Shown piece by piece: positions 1-8,299 of a DNA stretch of 64,000 bases (positions within the stretch are counted from its first letter, which is position 1; each line of letters opens with the position of its first letter). The translations under genes were made by a program, and so were the position numbers. The notes beneath the pieces are model-generated. The model did no database searches. It was given only the letters and a program-made list of their open reading frames with translations, and was not told the DNA's origin. Source of the DNA: Candidatus Woesearchaeota archaeon (GTDB taxonomy: Archaea; Nanobdellota; Nanobdellia; Pacearchaeales; GW2011-AR1); contig CAYPLY010000002.1 in NCBI GenBank assembly GCA_964412025.1, forward strand, positions 33,614 to 97,613. The letters are read 5' to 3'.

Positions 1-327
1 TGGAGAAGACCTACTGGAAGAGATAATAAGATGAGGGAACAAAGAAGAGGTAAACCTGCTCTCGTTGCTATTGGATATTCAACCAAAAAAGACGAAAGAG
101 GAAGGATGAATGGGAAAACTCCGGTTATTGTGAGAAGTGTTCAGGACTTGAATAAGATGCAAAAAAACCAGATTGTTGTTCTTGGGAATATAGGTAAGAA
201 GAAAAAAATAGAAATTGTGAAGAAAGCTAAAGAACAGAAAATAGAAATTTACAAACTAAACATTGAAAAGTTTTTAAAATCCAATGAAAAAAAAGTTGAA
301 GTAAAATCAAAGGAGAATAAAAAATGA
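1..327 (+). CDS. rpl32e: 50S ribosomal protein L32e (5'-partial; frame is open to the window start) with a K-rich C-terminal tail
   Basis: RRGKPALVAIGYSTKK...GKTPVIV matches the L32e core; position upstream of L19e fits the canonical archaeal order; the codons from base 1 to the ORF's ATG at 31 contain no stop. Confidence 0.7.
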   Translation, partial: WRRPTGRDNKMREQRRGKPALVAIGYSTKKDERGRMNGKTPVIVRSVQDLNKMQKNQIVVLGNIGKKKKIEIVKKAKEQKIEIYKLNIEKFLKSNEKKVEVKSKENKK

Positions 328-761
328 ATTTAAGATCAAAAAAACAGCTTGCAGCAAATACGTTTGGAGTTGGGAAATCAAGGATAGTTTTTGTTAATGA
401 AAGAATTGAAGAGATAAAAGAAGCAATAACAAAACAGGATATGAGAAACTTGTACAAAGACGGAGCAATAATGATTAAAGAAGTTGGAGGAAGAGGTAAG
501 AATATAAAGAAGGGCAGAAAGAAAGGAATGGGAAATGTAAGAAAGCATGTAAACACAAGAAAAAAAGATTATGTAATATTAACAAGAAAATTAAGAAGAT
601 TTGTTGCTGAGAAGAAAAATAAGGGAGAAATTGACAAGGATAAAGTAAAAGAATTAAGAAGGAAGATAAGAAATAAAACATTCAAGAGCAAAGCTCATCT
701 AAGAGATTATATGGGAGGACTAGAAAATGAGAACACAAAAAAGAAGAAGAAAAGAAAATAA
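324..761 (+). CDS. rpl19e: 50S ribosomal protein L19e
   Basis: N-terminus MNLRSKKQLAANTFGVGKSRI is typical of L19e; ATGA overlap with the upstream gene; K/R-rich C-terminus. Confidence 0.85.
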   Translation: MNLRSKKQLAANTFGVGKSRIVFVNERIEEIKEAITKQDMRNLYKDGAIMIKEVGGRGKNIKKGRKKGMGNVRKHVNTRKKDYVILTRKLRRFVAEKKNKGEIDKDKVKELRRKIRNKTFKSKAHLRDYMGGLENENTKKKKKRK

Positions 762-1215
762 AACAGACTATTTGAAAAGATTAAAACTGCTTAAAGGAGA
801 GAAGCCTAGAGTAGTATTTAGAAGAACTAACAGATTCATAATCAGTGAATACATTGTGAGTGAAGAAGCGCAGGATAAAATTGTTTTTGGATTTGATTCA
901 AGAAGATTAAACGAATATGGATGGCCAAAAAACGCTCAGGGTAGCTTAAAGTCTACAACCGCAGCATATCTTTCAGGATACTTAATGGGTAAAAGTGTAA
1001 TTAAGCAAAAACTTGAAAATCCAATAGTAGATACAGGGATGAACAGGACGATACACAAAAACAAAATTTATGCTTTTATAAAAGGATTAATTGATTCCGG
1101 TATAAAGATGGAATGTAAAAAAGAATTTTTTCCTGAGGAGAGCAGAATAAAAGGAGAACACCTAAAAAATAAAATACCTTTCAGCGAAATTAAATCAAAG
1201 ATAGAAAAATTGTAA
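727..1215 (+). CDS. rpl18: 50S ribosomal protein L18 (uL18/L5e family)
   Basis: RRRKENKTDYLKRLKLL N-terminal signature; gene order L19e-L18-S5. Confidence 0.8.
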   Translation: MRTQKRRRKENKTDYLKRLKLLKGEKPRVVFRRTNRFIISEYIVSEEAQDKIVFGFDSRRLNEYGWPKNAQGSLKSTTAAYLSGYLMGKSVIKQKLENPIVDTGMNRTIHKNKIYAFIKGLIDSGIKMECKKEFFPEESRIKGEHLKNKIPFSEIKSKIEKL

Positions 1216-1216
1216 A

Positions 1217-2014
1217 ATGACAAATAAAAAAATAGAAAAAAATGAAGAACCTGTGGATGAATATGCAGAAGTTCCTGAAGAAGTATTGGATAAAAATGAT
1301 TTAGAAGAGCTTGAAGAGATAAAAAAAGAATCTGAAAAGAAAGAAGATAAAAAAGATAGAGAAAAGCCTTCTGAAGCATGGGAGCCTAAAACTAAACTTG
1401 GAAAAGAAGTAAAAAGTGGAAAAATAAAAAATATAGATGAGATTTTAGATTCAAAGAGAGAAATACTTGAACCAGAAATTTCAGATTACTTATTGCCTTT
1501 AAAATCTGATTTAATATCTATAGGACAATCCAAGGGTAAATTCGGAGGGGGGAAAAGAAGAGCCTGGAGACAAACTCAAAGAAAAACAGAGGAAGGGAAT
1601 GTCCCTACTTTTTCGGCAATGGCTATTGTAGGAGATGAGAACGGACATATAGGATATGGACATGGAAAGTCTATGGAAACTCTCCCTGCCAGAGATAAAT
1701 CATTAAGAAAAGCAAAATTGAATATTATAAAAGTAACAAGAAGCTGTTCGGGTTTTGATTGTGATTGTTCTGAGTTACATACTGTTCCATTTAAAGTTAC
1801 TGGAAAATCCGGAAGTGTGAGAATAACTTTAATACCTGCTCCACAGGGGACGGGGCTTGTCGTTGCAAACGAGTTGAAGAAAGTATTAAAACTAGCTGGG
1901 ATAAAAGATGTTTATAGTAAAAGCTTTGGGAAAGCAAGAACAAGCTTTAATTTGATAAAGGCATGTTTTGATGCTTTAGAGAAAACAAATTTAGGAGAGT
2001 ATAGAGAAGAATGA
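1217..2014 (+). CDS. rps5: 30S ribosomal protein S5 (uS5) with an ~55-aa acidic/K-rich N-terminal extension
   Basis: GGGKRRAWRQTQ...AIVGDENGHIGYGHGKS...GTGLVVANELKKVLKLAGIKDV matches the S5 core; extension is EEPVDEYAEVPEE...KKEDKKDREK. Confidence 0.85.
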   Translation: MTNKKIEKNEEPVDEYAEVPEEVLDKNDLEELEEIKKESEKKEDKKDREKPSEAWEPKTKLGKEVKSGKIKNIDEILDSKREILEPEISDYLLPLKSDLISIGQSKGKFGGGKRRAWRQTQRKTEEGNVPTFSAMAIVGDENGHIGYGHGKSMETLPARDKSLRKAKLNIIKVTRSCSGFDCDCSELHTVPFKVTGKSGSVRITLIPAPQGTGLVVANELKKVLKLAGIKDVYSKSFGKARTSFNLIKACFDALEKTNLGEYREE

Positions 2015-2376
2015 GTCAGATAGCTGTAATAAGAATAAAGGGAAGGGTTGGACTTAATAGGGATATTAATGAAACTCTTGATAGATTGAGAATGAGGAAG
2101 AAATACTCTTGTGTCGTATTAAAGGGAACAAAAGAAGAGATTGGTATGGTGGAGAAATTAAGAGATTTTGTTGCATATGGAGAAATAAAGGATGATGTTT
2201 ACAAGGAATTAGTTAAACAGCGTGGTAAAAAAACAAGCGAGGGTAAACTAAAGCCTTTTTTCAGATTACATCCCCCAAGAAAAGGTATAGAAAGTAAAAA
2301 GCATTTCGGGGTTGGAAAAGGAGTTTTAGGAGATAATGGTGAAAAAATAAATGAATTAATATTAAGGATGTTATAA
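2011..2376 (+). CDS. rpl30: 50S ribosomal protein L30 (uL30)
   Basis: IAVIRIKGRVGLNRDINETLDRLRMRK; position between S5 and L15. Confidence 0.8.
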   Translation: MSQIAVIRIKGRVGLNRDINETLDRLRMRKKYSCVVLKGTKEEIGMVEKLRDFVAYGEIKDDVYKELVKQRGKKTSEGKLKPFFRLHPPRKGIESKKHFGVGKGVLGDNGEKINELILRML

Positions 2377-2377
2377 A

Positions 2378-2860
2378 ATGACAATGAGAAAAACACATAA
2401 GCGTAAGAAAGTTTCAAGGATGCATGGTAGAAAAATGGGTACTCATGGATGGGGTGCAAGAAAGAAGCATAAAAAGTCTGGACATAGAGGAGGAACAGGT
2501 ATGGCTGGAACAGGAAAGAGAGGGGATCAGAAAAAAACCCTTATAACAAAGATGTATGGAAATGATTATTTTGGAAAACAAGGAATAACCTCGAGAAAAA
2601 CAAAGAGGGACACGAGACAAAGAATCAACATACAACAGATTGAAAAGAATCTTGAGAAATATGGGAAAAAAACCTCAAAAGGGTGGGAAATAAATCTTGA
2701 GAAATATAAAATTCTTGGAGAAGGAGAGATAAAAGAGAAACTAATAATAACTGCAAAAGAAGCTTCTGAATCTGCGATTAAGAAAGTACAAAAAGCTGGA
2801 GGACAGATTATAATTCCAGAAAAAACTAAATCTGATAAAGAAGACGAGGAAAAAGAGTAA
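2378..2860 (+). CDS. rpl15: 50S ribosomal protein L15 (uL15)
   Basis: RKTHKRKKVSRMHGRKMGTHGWGARKKHKKSGHRGGTGMAG is characteristic of L15; precedes secY. Confidence 0.85.
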   Translation: MTMRKTHKRKKVSRMHGRKMGTHGWGARKKHKKSGHRGGTGMAGTGKRGDQKKTLITKMYGNDYFGKQGITSRKTKRDTRQRINIQQIEKNLEKYGKKTSKGWEINLEKYKILGEGEIKEKLIITAKEASESAIKKVQKAGGQIIIPEKTKSDKEDEEKE

Positions 2861-2898
2861 AACCTAATCTTTAAAAACTAATTTTATTTGATTATGAG

Positions 2899-4290
2899 AT
2901 GGCAGATTTGAAAAAAATATTCGCTTTTATACCTGAAGTAAGGAAGCCGGATGAGAAAAAACTTGCTTTTAATACTAAGCTTAAATGGACGTTAGTTATT
3001 CTTATTGCGTTTTTTGTTCTGGCGAACATTCCATTGTTTGGACTATCGAATAATGCTCTCGAGAGATTTAAATATTTAGCAATAATACTTGGAACAGATT
3101 TTGGATCAATAATCTCATTAGGTATAGGGCCTATTGTAATGGCGTCGATTATTCTTCAGTTATTAACGGGAGCAGGAATCATAAATATTAACACTTCAAC
3201 TTCAGAAGGTAAAAAATTCTTCCAGGGAATACAAAAAATTCTTGTTTTCTTTTTTATAGTATTTGAAGCATGTGTTTATGTTTTAATGAAGGGATTAGAA
3301 GCGCTTCCAGGCTATGGGGCTTTGCTAATAATACAACTGATATTAGGAGGATTGGCAATTTATTATATGAATGAGCTCTGTGAAAAATGGGGATTCGGCT
3401 CAGGAGTAAGTATATTCATAGCTGCAGGAGTTTCTTGGAATTTGTTCACACAGGCTTTCCAGTTTGTAAATGCTCAGGGTAGAAATTGTCTTCTTGACTT
3501 TGGGAATACTGCTTGTTCAGGAAAGGTTTTAGTTTTAGTTCAGTCTATAATAAACAAATATCCTATTGAATTTGCCTCTGCTTTGGGAGCAATACTTGCT
3601 ACAATAATAATATTCCTTATGGTTGTTTGGGCACAAAGCCTTAAGGTAGAAATACCTTTAAGTTTTGGAAGAATAAGAGGATATGCAATTAAGTGGCCCT
3701 TATCTTTTTTCTATGCTTCTGTTATCCCGGTTATATTAACTGCTGCACTCGTTGCAAATATACAATTGTTTGGTGGGCTTCTTGAGAACTGGGCAGGACA
3801 TCCTACCTTCTTAGGACATTTCTCAAACGGACAGGCAGTTTCTGGTTTTGCTTTCTGGCTTGGAAGCACGAATCTTCTTGAATTAATAATAAAGGGAGGA
3901 TTCCTTCCTAGATATCTTTTACAAGGATTAACACATATATTATTTTATGTTGGGTTAGCTACTCTATTCTCTGTATTCTGGGTTAAAACCTCTGGTATGG
4001 GTGCAAAAGAGCAAGCTCAAAAAATACAAGCATCTGGACTTCAGATTTCAGGATTTAGACAGGATGTAAGAGTATTGGAAAGTGTTTTGGATAGATATAT
4101 AATGCCTCTTACCGTTATGGGGGGAGCAGCAATAGGATTGCTCGCTGCTGCAACAGACTTGTTAGGCGCATTATCTTCAGGAACAGCAATATTGTTAGTA
4201 ATTATGATTATGTACCAATTTTACCAGAAGATTGCAGAACAGCATATGACAGATATGAATCCTGCGATGAGAAAGTTTATTGGAAATTAA
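2899..4290 (+). CDS. secY: Preprotein translocase subunit SecY
   Basis: 10-TM profile; N-terminal KLAFNTKLKWTLVIL...ANIPLFG; follows L15 as in all archaea. Confidence 0.9.
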   Translation: MADLKKIFAFIPEVRKPDEKKLAFNTKLKWTLVILIAFFVLANIPLFGLSNNALERFKYLAIILGTDFGSIISLGIGPIVMASIILQLLTGAGIININTSTSEGKKFFQGIQKILVFFFIVFEACVYVLMKGLEALPGYGALLIIQLILGGLAIYYMNELCEKWGFGSGVSIFIAAGVSWNLFTQAFQFVNAQGRNCLLDFGNTACSGKVLVLVQSIINKYPIEFASALGAILATIIIFLMVVWAQSLKVEIPLSFGRIRGYAIKWPLSFFYASVIPVILTAALVANIQLFGGLLENWAGHPTFLGHFSNGQAVSGFAFWLGSTNLLELIIKGGFLPRYLLQGLTHILFYVGLATLFSVFWVKTSGMGAKEQAQKIQASGLQISGFRQDVRVLESVLDRYIMPLTVMGGAAIGLLAAATDLLGALSSGTAILLVIMIMYQFYQKIAEQHMTDMNPAMRKFIGN

Positions 4291-4305
4291 TAAATAAAAA
4301 AGAAG

Positions 4306-4905
4306 ATGACAGAGGAAAAAACCGATTTAAAACAGGACAAGAGTGCAAAGGAAGGAAGTTTTACCCCTTTAATTGTATTTATGATCATATCTATGGTTCT
4401 TGCAGGATTATGGGATAAGGTTCCCGCAATAAAAAATTCCATACATTATATTCTGGATCCAAGCGCAGGGGCTCTTCTGAACTGGAACCTTAATTTGGGG
4501 ATGTTAATAATTGTATTTATAATAACTGCAATAACAACTGTTGTTCAGAAATATGCTACAGATCAAAAAACACTTAAGGAATTGAGGAAAGAGCAAAAAG
4601 AAATACAAAAGCAGATGAGTGAATTCAAAAATCATCCAGAAAAGATGATGGAGCTTCAGAAAAAACAGTTTGCAATGATGCCTAAACAAATGAAGTTAAG
4701 TATGAGAGCTATAATTTATACAGGTATACCATTCATATTATTCTTTAGATGGTTCCAGGATTTTTTTACTAATCTTAAAACTATAGCAGAGACAACAGGA
4801 GTTGCTGCTCCGACATTCTGGTTGGGTCTGGGATGGTTCTGGTTTTATTTTATATTTGCTATGATATTTAGTTCTATACTTAGAAAGTGGTGGGACGTTG
4901 TTTAA
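4306..4905 (+). CDS. DUF106 family membrane protein (archaeal Oxa1/YidC/EMC3-like insertase candidate)
   Basis: 3 TM segments with a K/E coiled-coil between TM1 and TM2; sits immediately downstream of secY, where DUF106 normally follows secY-adk; no adenylate kinase gene lies between them here. Confidence 0.5.
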   Translation: MTEEKTDLKQDKSAKEGSFTPLIVFMIISMVLAGLWDKVPAIKNSIHYILDPSAGALLNWNLNLGMLIIVFIITAITTVVQKYATDQKTLKELRKEQKEIQKQMSEFKNHPEKMMELQKKQFAMMPKQMKLSMRAIIYTGIPFILFFRWFQDFFTNLKTIAETTGVAAPTFWLGLGWFWFYFIFAMIFSSILRKWWDVV

Positions 4906-4992
4906 ATCAAATTATAAACAACATATTATTAACTCAATCATAATACTTAAAAAGCACATTTTTCTGAGTGTATTATATTAGAGAGAATTAAA

Positions 4993-5487
4993 ATGGAAGA
5001 AGACAAACAAAAATCAAGACAGCAACTTGCCATGCAGTTCCAGATGTTTGAACAACAAATCAGAATGATTCAGGAACAACAACAGGCAATTGAGCAAGCG
5101 ATAATAGAACTTGGAAGTTTAAACCTGCAAATGGATGAATTAATCGGTAAGAAGGATAACGAAATACTTGCCCCAATTGGAAAAGGAATATATGCAAATG
5201 CGAGATTGCTCAGTGAGGAATTGTTAGTTGATATAGGAAACAAGAATTTTGTGACAAAAACCATTCCTGAGACCAAGAATATTATACAAAATCAACTTAA
5301 AAAATTAGAGAAGGTGAGAGAAGAACTAAACGGGGAATTAGAAAAGATTAATACTGAATTAACAAATGTTTTTATAGAACACCAACAATTACATGGGCAC
5401 GAGCACTCGCATTCTTGTGGGTGCGGAGAAGATTGTGATTGTGAAGGAGATTGTGACGAAGAAGGATGTGATTGTGGAGAACATTAA
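4993..5487 (+). CDS. pfdA: Prefoldin alpha subunit with a Cys/His/Asp/Glu-rich C-terminal tail
   Basis: Coiled coil, two beta-hairpins (ILAPIGKGIYANARL / LLVDIGNKNFVTKTI), coiled coil; tail is HGHEHSHSCGCGEDCDCEGDCDEEGCDCGEH. Confidence 0.7.
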   Translation: MEEDKQKSRQQLAMQFQMFEQQIRMIQEQQQAIEQAIIELGSLNLQMDELIGKKDNEILAPIGKGIYANARLLSEELLVDIGNKNFVTKTIPETKNIIQNQLKKLEKVREELNGELEKINTELTNVFIEHQQLHGHEHSHSCGCGEDCDCEGDCDEEGCDCGEH

Positions 5488-5507
5488 ATTCTTAATTAAA
5501 ATCTAGA

Positions 5508-6326
5508 TTATTTCATCTTCTTAACAAAATCTTTATACTTCATAGTTCCAAGTTCGGTTATTATTCCTGAAATATATTTTTTATGAACGAATTCGAATGC
5601 AGGATTTTTTATTTTTACATTCTTTGGAGCATTATCCCAAACCTCATTGATATCTCTTTGTTCCAGCTTTAATCTTTCTTTAGTAAATTTCCAAGAATCA
5701 GCGATGATATAAACAGGTATTTTATTCTTCTTTGAAAGTTCAGCGAACATTCCACTCCCTATCTTATTTATTATACCTTCTTTTAACAATGCATCTGCCC
5801 CGAGAAAAACCTTATTTACATAAATTTTATCATTGTTATTTTCTTTCTCAATAGCAAAAGCAGCAGCAGAATCGACAAAAATTGTAACTTTAATTTTTGC
5901 GTCTCTTAATTCCTTGGATGTTTTTCTTCCCTGAAATAATGGTCGTGTTTCAGTATTATAAATCTGAAAATTCCTTCCCTTCTTTTTAGAGTATATTAAA
6001 GAATTAACAACATTGGTTGAATGGCAATGTGTAAATATCTTCTCTCCATTCTTTATCAATTTGAAAACATTCTCATTTATTTTCTTCTGAGAGAGTTCAA
6101 AATGCCGAAGTATCTCCTCCTCGGAATAACCTTTTTCTGCTAAATCCAAAACATGAAACATCATAGGCTCTGTTGGACGAGAATCCAAAAGCATTTTTTT
6201 GGAGTTCTTGTTTGGGAATAAAAGGTAAGCTTTGAGTGCGTATTTTGCTACGTTTCTTGCTCCCTGAATCTTTATCGATTTTATGTCTTTTAAAATTCTT
6301 TTAAATTCACTCTTTTTTTTATTCAT
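5508..6326 (-). CDS. eIF-2B alpha/beta/delta-like protein (IF-2B family; possibly ribose-1,5-bisphosphate isomerase)
   Basis: GADALLKEGIINKIGS and TETRPLFQGR motifs match the eIF2B/MtnA fold family; start moved to the internal Met (MNKKKSEF...) so it does not overlap the convergent-side membrane gene. Confidence 0.6.
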   Translation of the reverse strand: MNKKKSEFKRILKDIKSIKIQGARNVAKYALKAYLLFPNKNSKKMLLDSRPTEPMMFHVLDLAEKGYSEEEILRHFELSQKKINENVFKLIKNGEKIFTHCHSTNVVNSLIYSKKKGRNFQIYNTETRPLFQGRKTSKELRDAKIKVTIFVDSAAAFAIEKENNNDKIYVNKVFLGADALLKEGIINKIGSGMFAELSKKNKIPVYIIADSWKFTKERLKLEQRDINEVWDNAPKNVKIKNPAFEFVHKKYISGIITELGTMKYKDFVKKMK

Positions 6327-6378
6327 ATACTTAACAAATCCCCCAACATTTAAAAATTCTCTTTTTTTATATAGGATT

Positions 6379-7236
6379 ATGCTTGAGACTTTGATTAATC
6401 CAAAAGAAGGTGAAAAGGGACCCTGGAAAATGTTTTTCATAGGAATCGTTTATGCATCATTATCTCTTTTGCTTGTTCATTGGTTTTTTTCAGGAGATCC
6501 AAATTTATCTAATGCTTCCGGAATGCTTGTTGTATTGTTCTGTATTATGTTTAGTTTTCCGTTTATGTACTTCATAATAAAGACTGAAGAGAAAGAAGAT
6601 GAGGATGTTGAGGGAATTTTTAGCGTATGGAGGGCCCATAAAGATGCAATCTATGCATTTATGTGGTTGTTCTTGGGATTTGTTGTGGCATTTTCTTTCT
6701 GGAATATAGTTCTTCATGATGCGAACTTACTGAATTTCCAGATTCAAACTTATTGTCAGATAAATAGTCCTGGAGATGTGGATGCATGTGTTAAGGAATA
6801 TTCCTCCGGAAATCTAAACATGACAGGAGCTTCAATAAACGGAATGAGATTCTTATCAATAATAGAGAATAATGTGTATGTTATGATATTTACATTGATA
6901 TTCTCTTTAATCTTTGGTGCGGGAGCACTGTTTATACTTGTGTGGAATGCAAGTGTTATTTCTGCAGCAGTTGGAATATTTGTCAGGTATAATGTAAAGG
7001 ATATTCCTTTGGGGATTGCAAGATATGCTATACATGGAGTGCCTGAAATAGCAGCATATTTCATAACTGCGCTTGCAGGAGGGATATTTGGAGTTGGTTT
7101 AATAAGACATGGAATAAAAAGTGAAAAATTTCTAAAGGTTTTTGAGAATGTTATAATAATGATATTTATGGCTTTAGTTATATTAATCCTTGCTGCACTT
7201 ATTGAGGTATATATTACCCCTCTTATATTCAGGTAA
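6379..7236 (+). CDS. Polytopic membrane protein, DUF95/SpoIIM-like
   Basis: 6-7 TM helices; IENNVYVMIFTL...GAGALFILVWNASVI...AIHGVPEIAAYFITALAGGIFG resembles the SpoIIM family; start taken at the internal Met. Confidence 0.4.
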   Translation: MLETLINPKEGEKGPWKMFFIGIVYASLSLLLVHWFFSGDPNLSNASGMLVVLFCIMFSFPFMYFIIKTEEKEDEDVEGIFSVWRAHKDAIYAFMWLFLGFVVAFSFWNIVLHDANLLNFQIQTYCQINSPGDVDACVKEYSSGNLNMTGASINGMRFLSIIENNVYVMIFTLIFSLIFGAGALFILVWNASVISAAVGIFVRYNVKDIPLGIARYAIHGVPEIAAYFITALAGGIFGVGLIRHGIKSEKFLKVFENVIIMIFMALVILILAALIEVYITPLIFR

Positions 7237-7252
7237 AATTTAAAAGTAAGTA

Positions 7253-8263
7253 TTGTCTTTATTATTGATGGAACCTTTAATATTAGTAACTATATTTGTA
7301 AGCTTTTTTTGTGCCTTTCTTGTTATGCCTTTTTGGATAAAGAAGGCTAAACAAATAGGGTTAGTTTGGGAAGATATGAATAAACCTGACAGAGAAAAAA
7401 ATGTTGCAGGCTCTGGGGGTATTGTATTTGTTATTGGGGGACTTATTGGTATATTTACATATATTGCCCTACAAACATTTTATTTCAAGTCTTCAGATGG
7501 AATATCTATAGAAATATTTGCATTTACAAGCATGTTGCTTTTAGTATCTGGAATTGGATTAATAGATGATTTATTTGGATGGAAAAGAGGAGGACTTTCA
7601 AAAAGAACAAGAATAATTTTGGTTTTATTTTCCGCAATTCCGCTAATGGTTATTAATGCTGGAGAATCAAATATGATGGGAATAAGCCTCGGGATAATTT
7701 ATCCCCTAGTTATAATCCCTCTTGGTATAGTGGGGGCAACGACAACTTTCAATTTTTTAGCGGGATTTAATGGACTAGAAGCAGGGCAGGGAATAATACT
7801 TCTATCGGCTATGAGTGTTGTAACATATTTAACCGGAAATGCCTGGTTAACAGTTATTTCTTTATGCTTGGTTGCCTCTCTTTTAGCGTTTTATATATTT
7901 AATATAAATCCTGCAAAGGTCTTCCCAGGGGATGCTTTAACTTATGCTGTGGGGGCTTCAATAGCAGGAATTGCAATATTGGGAAATGTTGAGAAGATAG
8001 CAATATTTTTCTTTATACCATACATTCTTGAAACAGTATTGAAATTAAGGGGAGGATTAAAGAAACAAAGTTTTGGTAAACCAAATGAAGATGGAACTCT
8101 TGAATTGCCTTATGAAAAAATATATGGGCTTGAACATTTGGCAATATTAATTTTAAAAAAGATAAAACCCTCAAAAAAAGTCTATGAAAATGAAGTGGTT
8201 TATTTCATAAATTTGTTCCAGATATTTGTGGTTCTTGTTGGGTTTGTTTTGTTTATCCTGTGA
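7253..8263 (+). CDS. UDP-GlcNAc:dolichyl-phosphate GlcNAc-1-phosphate transferase (MraY/WecA/AglH family)
   Basis: GLIDDLFGW, NFLAGFNGLEAGQ and PGDALTYAVG motifs of the polyprenyl-phosphate sugar-1-P transferases; adjacent to aglB. Confidence 0.8.
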   Translation: MSLLLMEPLILVTIFVSFFCAFLVMPFWIKKAKQIGLVWEDMNKPDREKNVAGSGGIVFVIGGLIGIFTYIALQTFYFKSSDGISIEIFAFTSMLLLVSGIGLIDDLFGWKRGGLSKRTRIILVLFSAIPLMVINAGESNMMGISLGIIYPLVIIPLGIVGATTTFNFLAGFNGLEAGQGIILLSAMSVVTYLTGNAWLTVISLCLVASLLAFYIFNINPAKVFPGDALTYAVGASIAGIAILGNVEKIAIFFFIPYILETVLKLRGGLKKQSFGKPNEDGTLELPYEKIYGLEHLAILILKKIKPSKKVYENEVVYFINLFQIFVVLVGFVLFIL

Positions 8264-8299
8264 TAAACTAAGGTTTTTAAATGGTATTTATCTTTAATT

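Noticed and set aside
227-556. Numerous antisense ORFs in the track (for example 227..556-, 475..681-, 1068..1379-, 21704..21922+, 43531..43773+, 44305..44860+, 53654..53842+, 56546..56788+)
   Set aside because: Each lies wholly inside a well-supported gene on the opposite strand and encodes Leu/Phe/Ser-rich low-complexity peptides, as expected from AT-rich antisense frames.
6283-6378. N-terminal 32 codons of ORF 6283..7236 and N-terminal 38 codons of ORF 5508..6440
   Set aside because: The two extensions overlap each other head-to-head. Internal Met codons (6379 on plus, 6326 on minus) give non-overlapping genes with sensible N-termini, so the extensions were trimmed.
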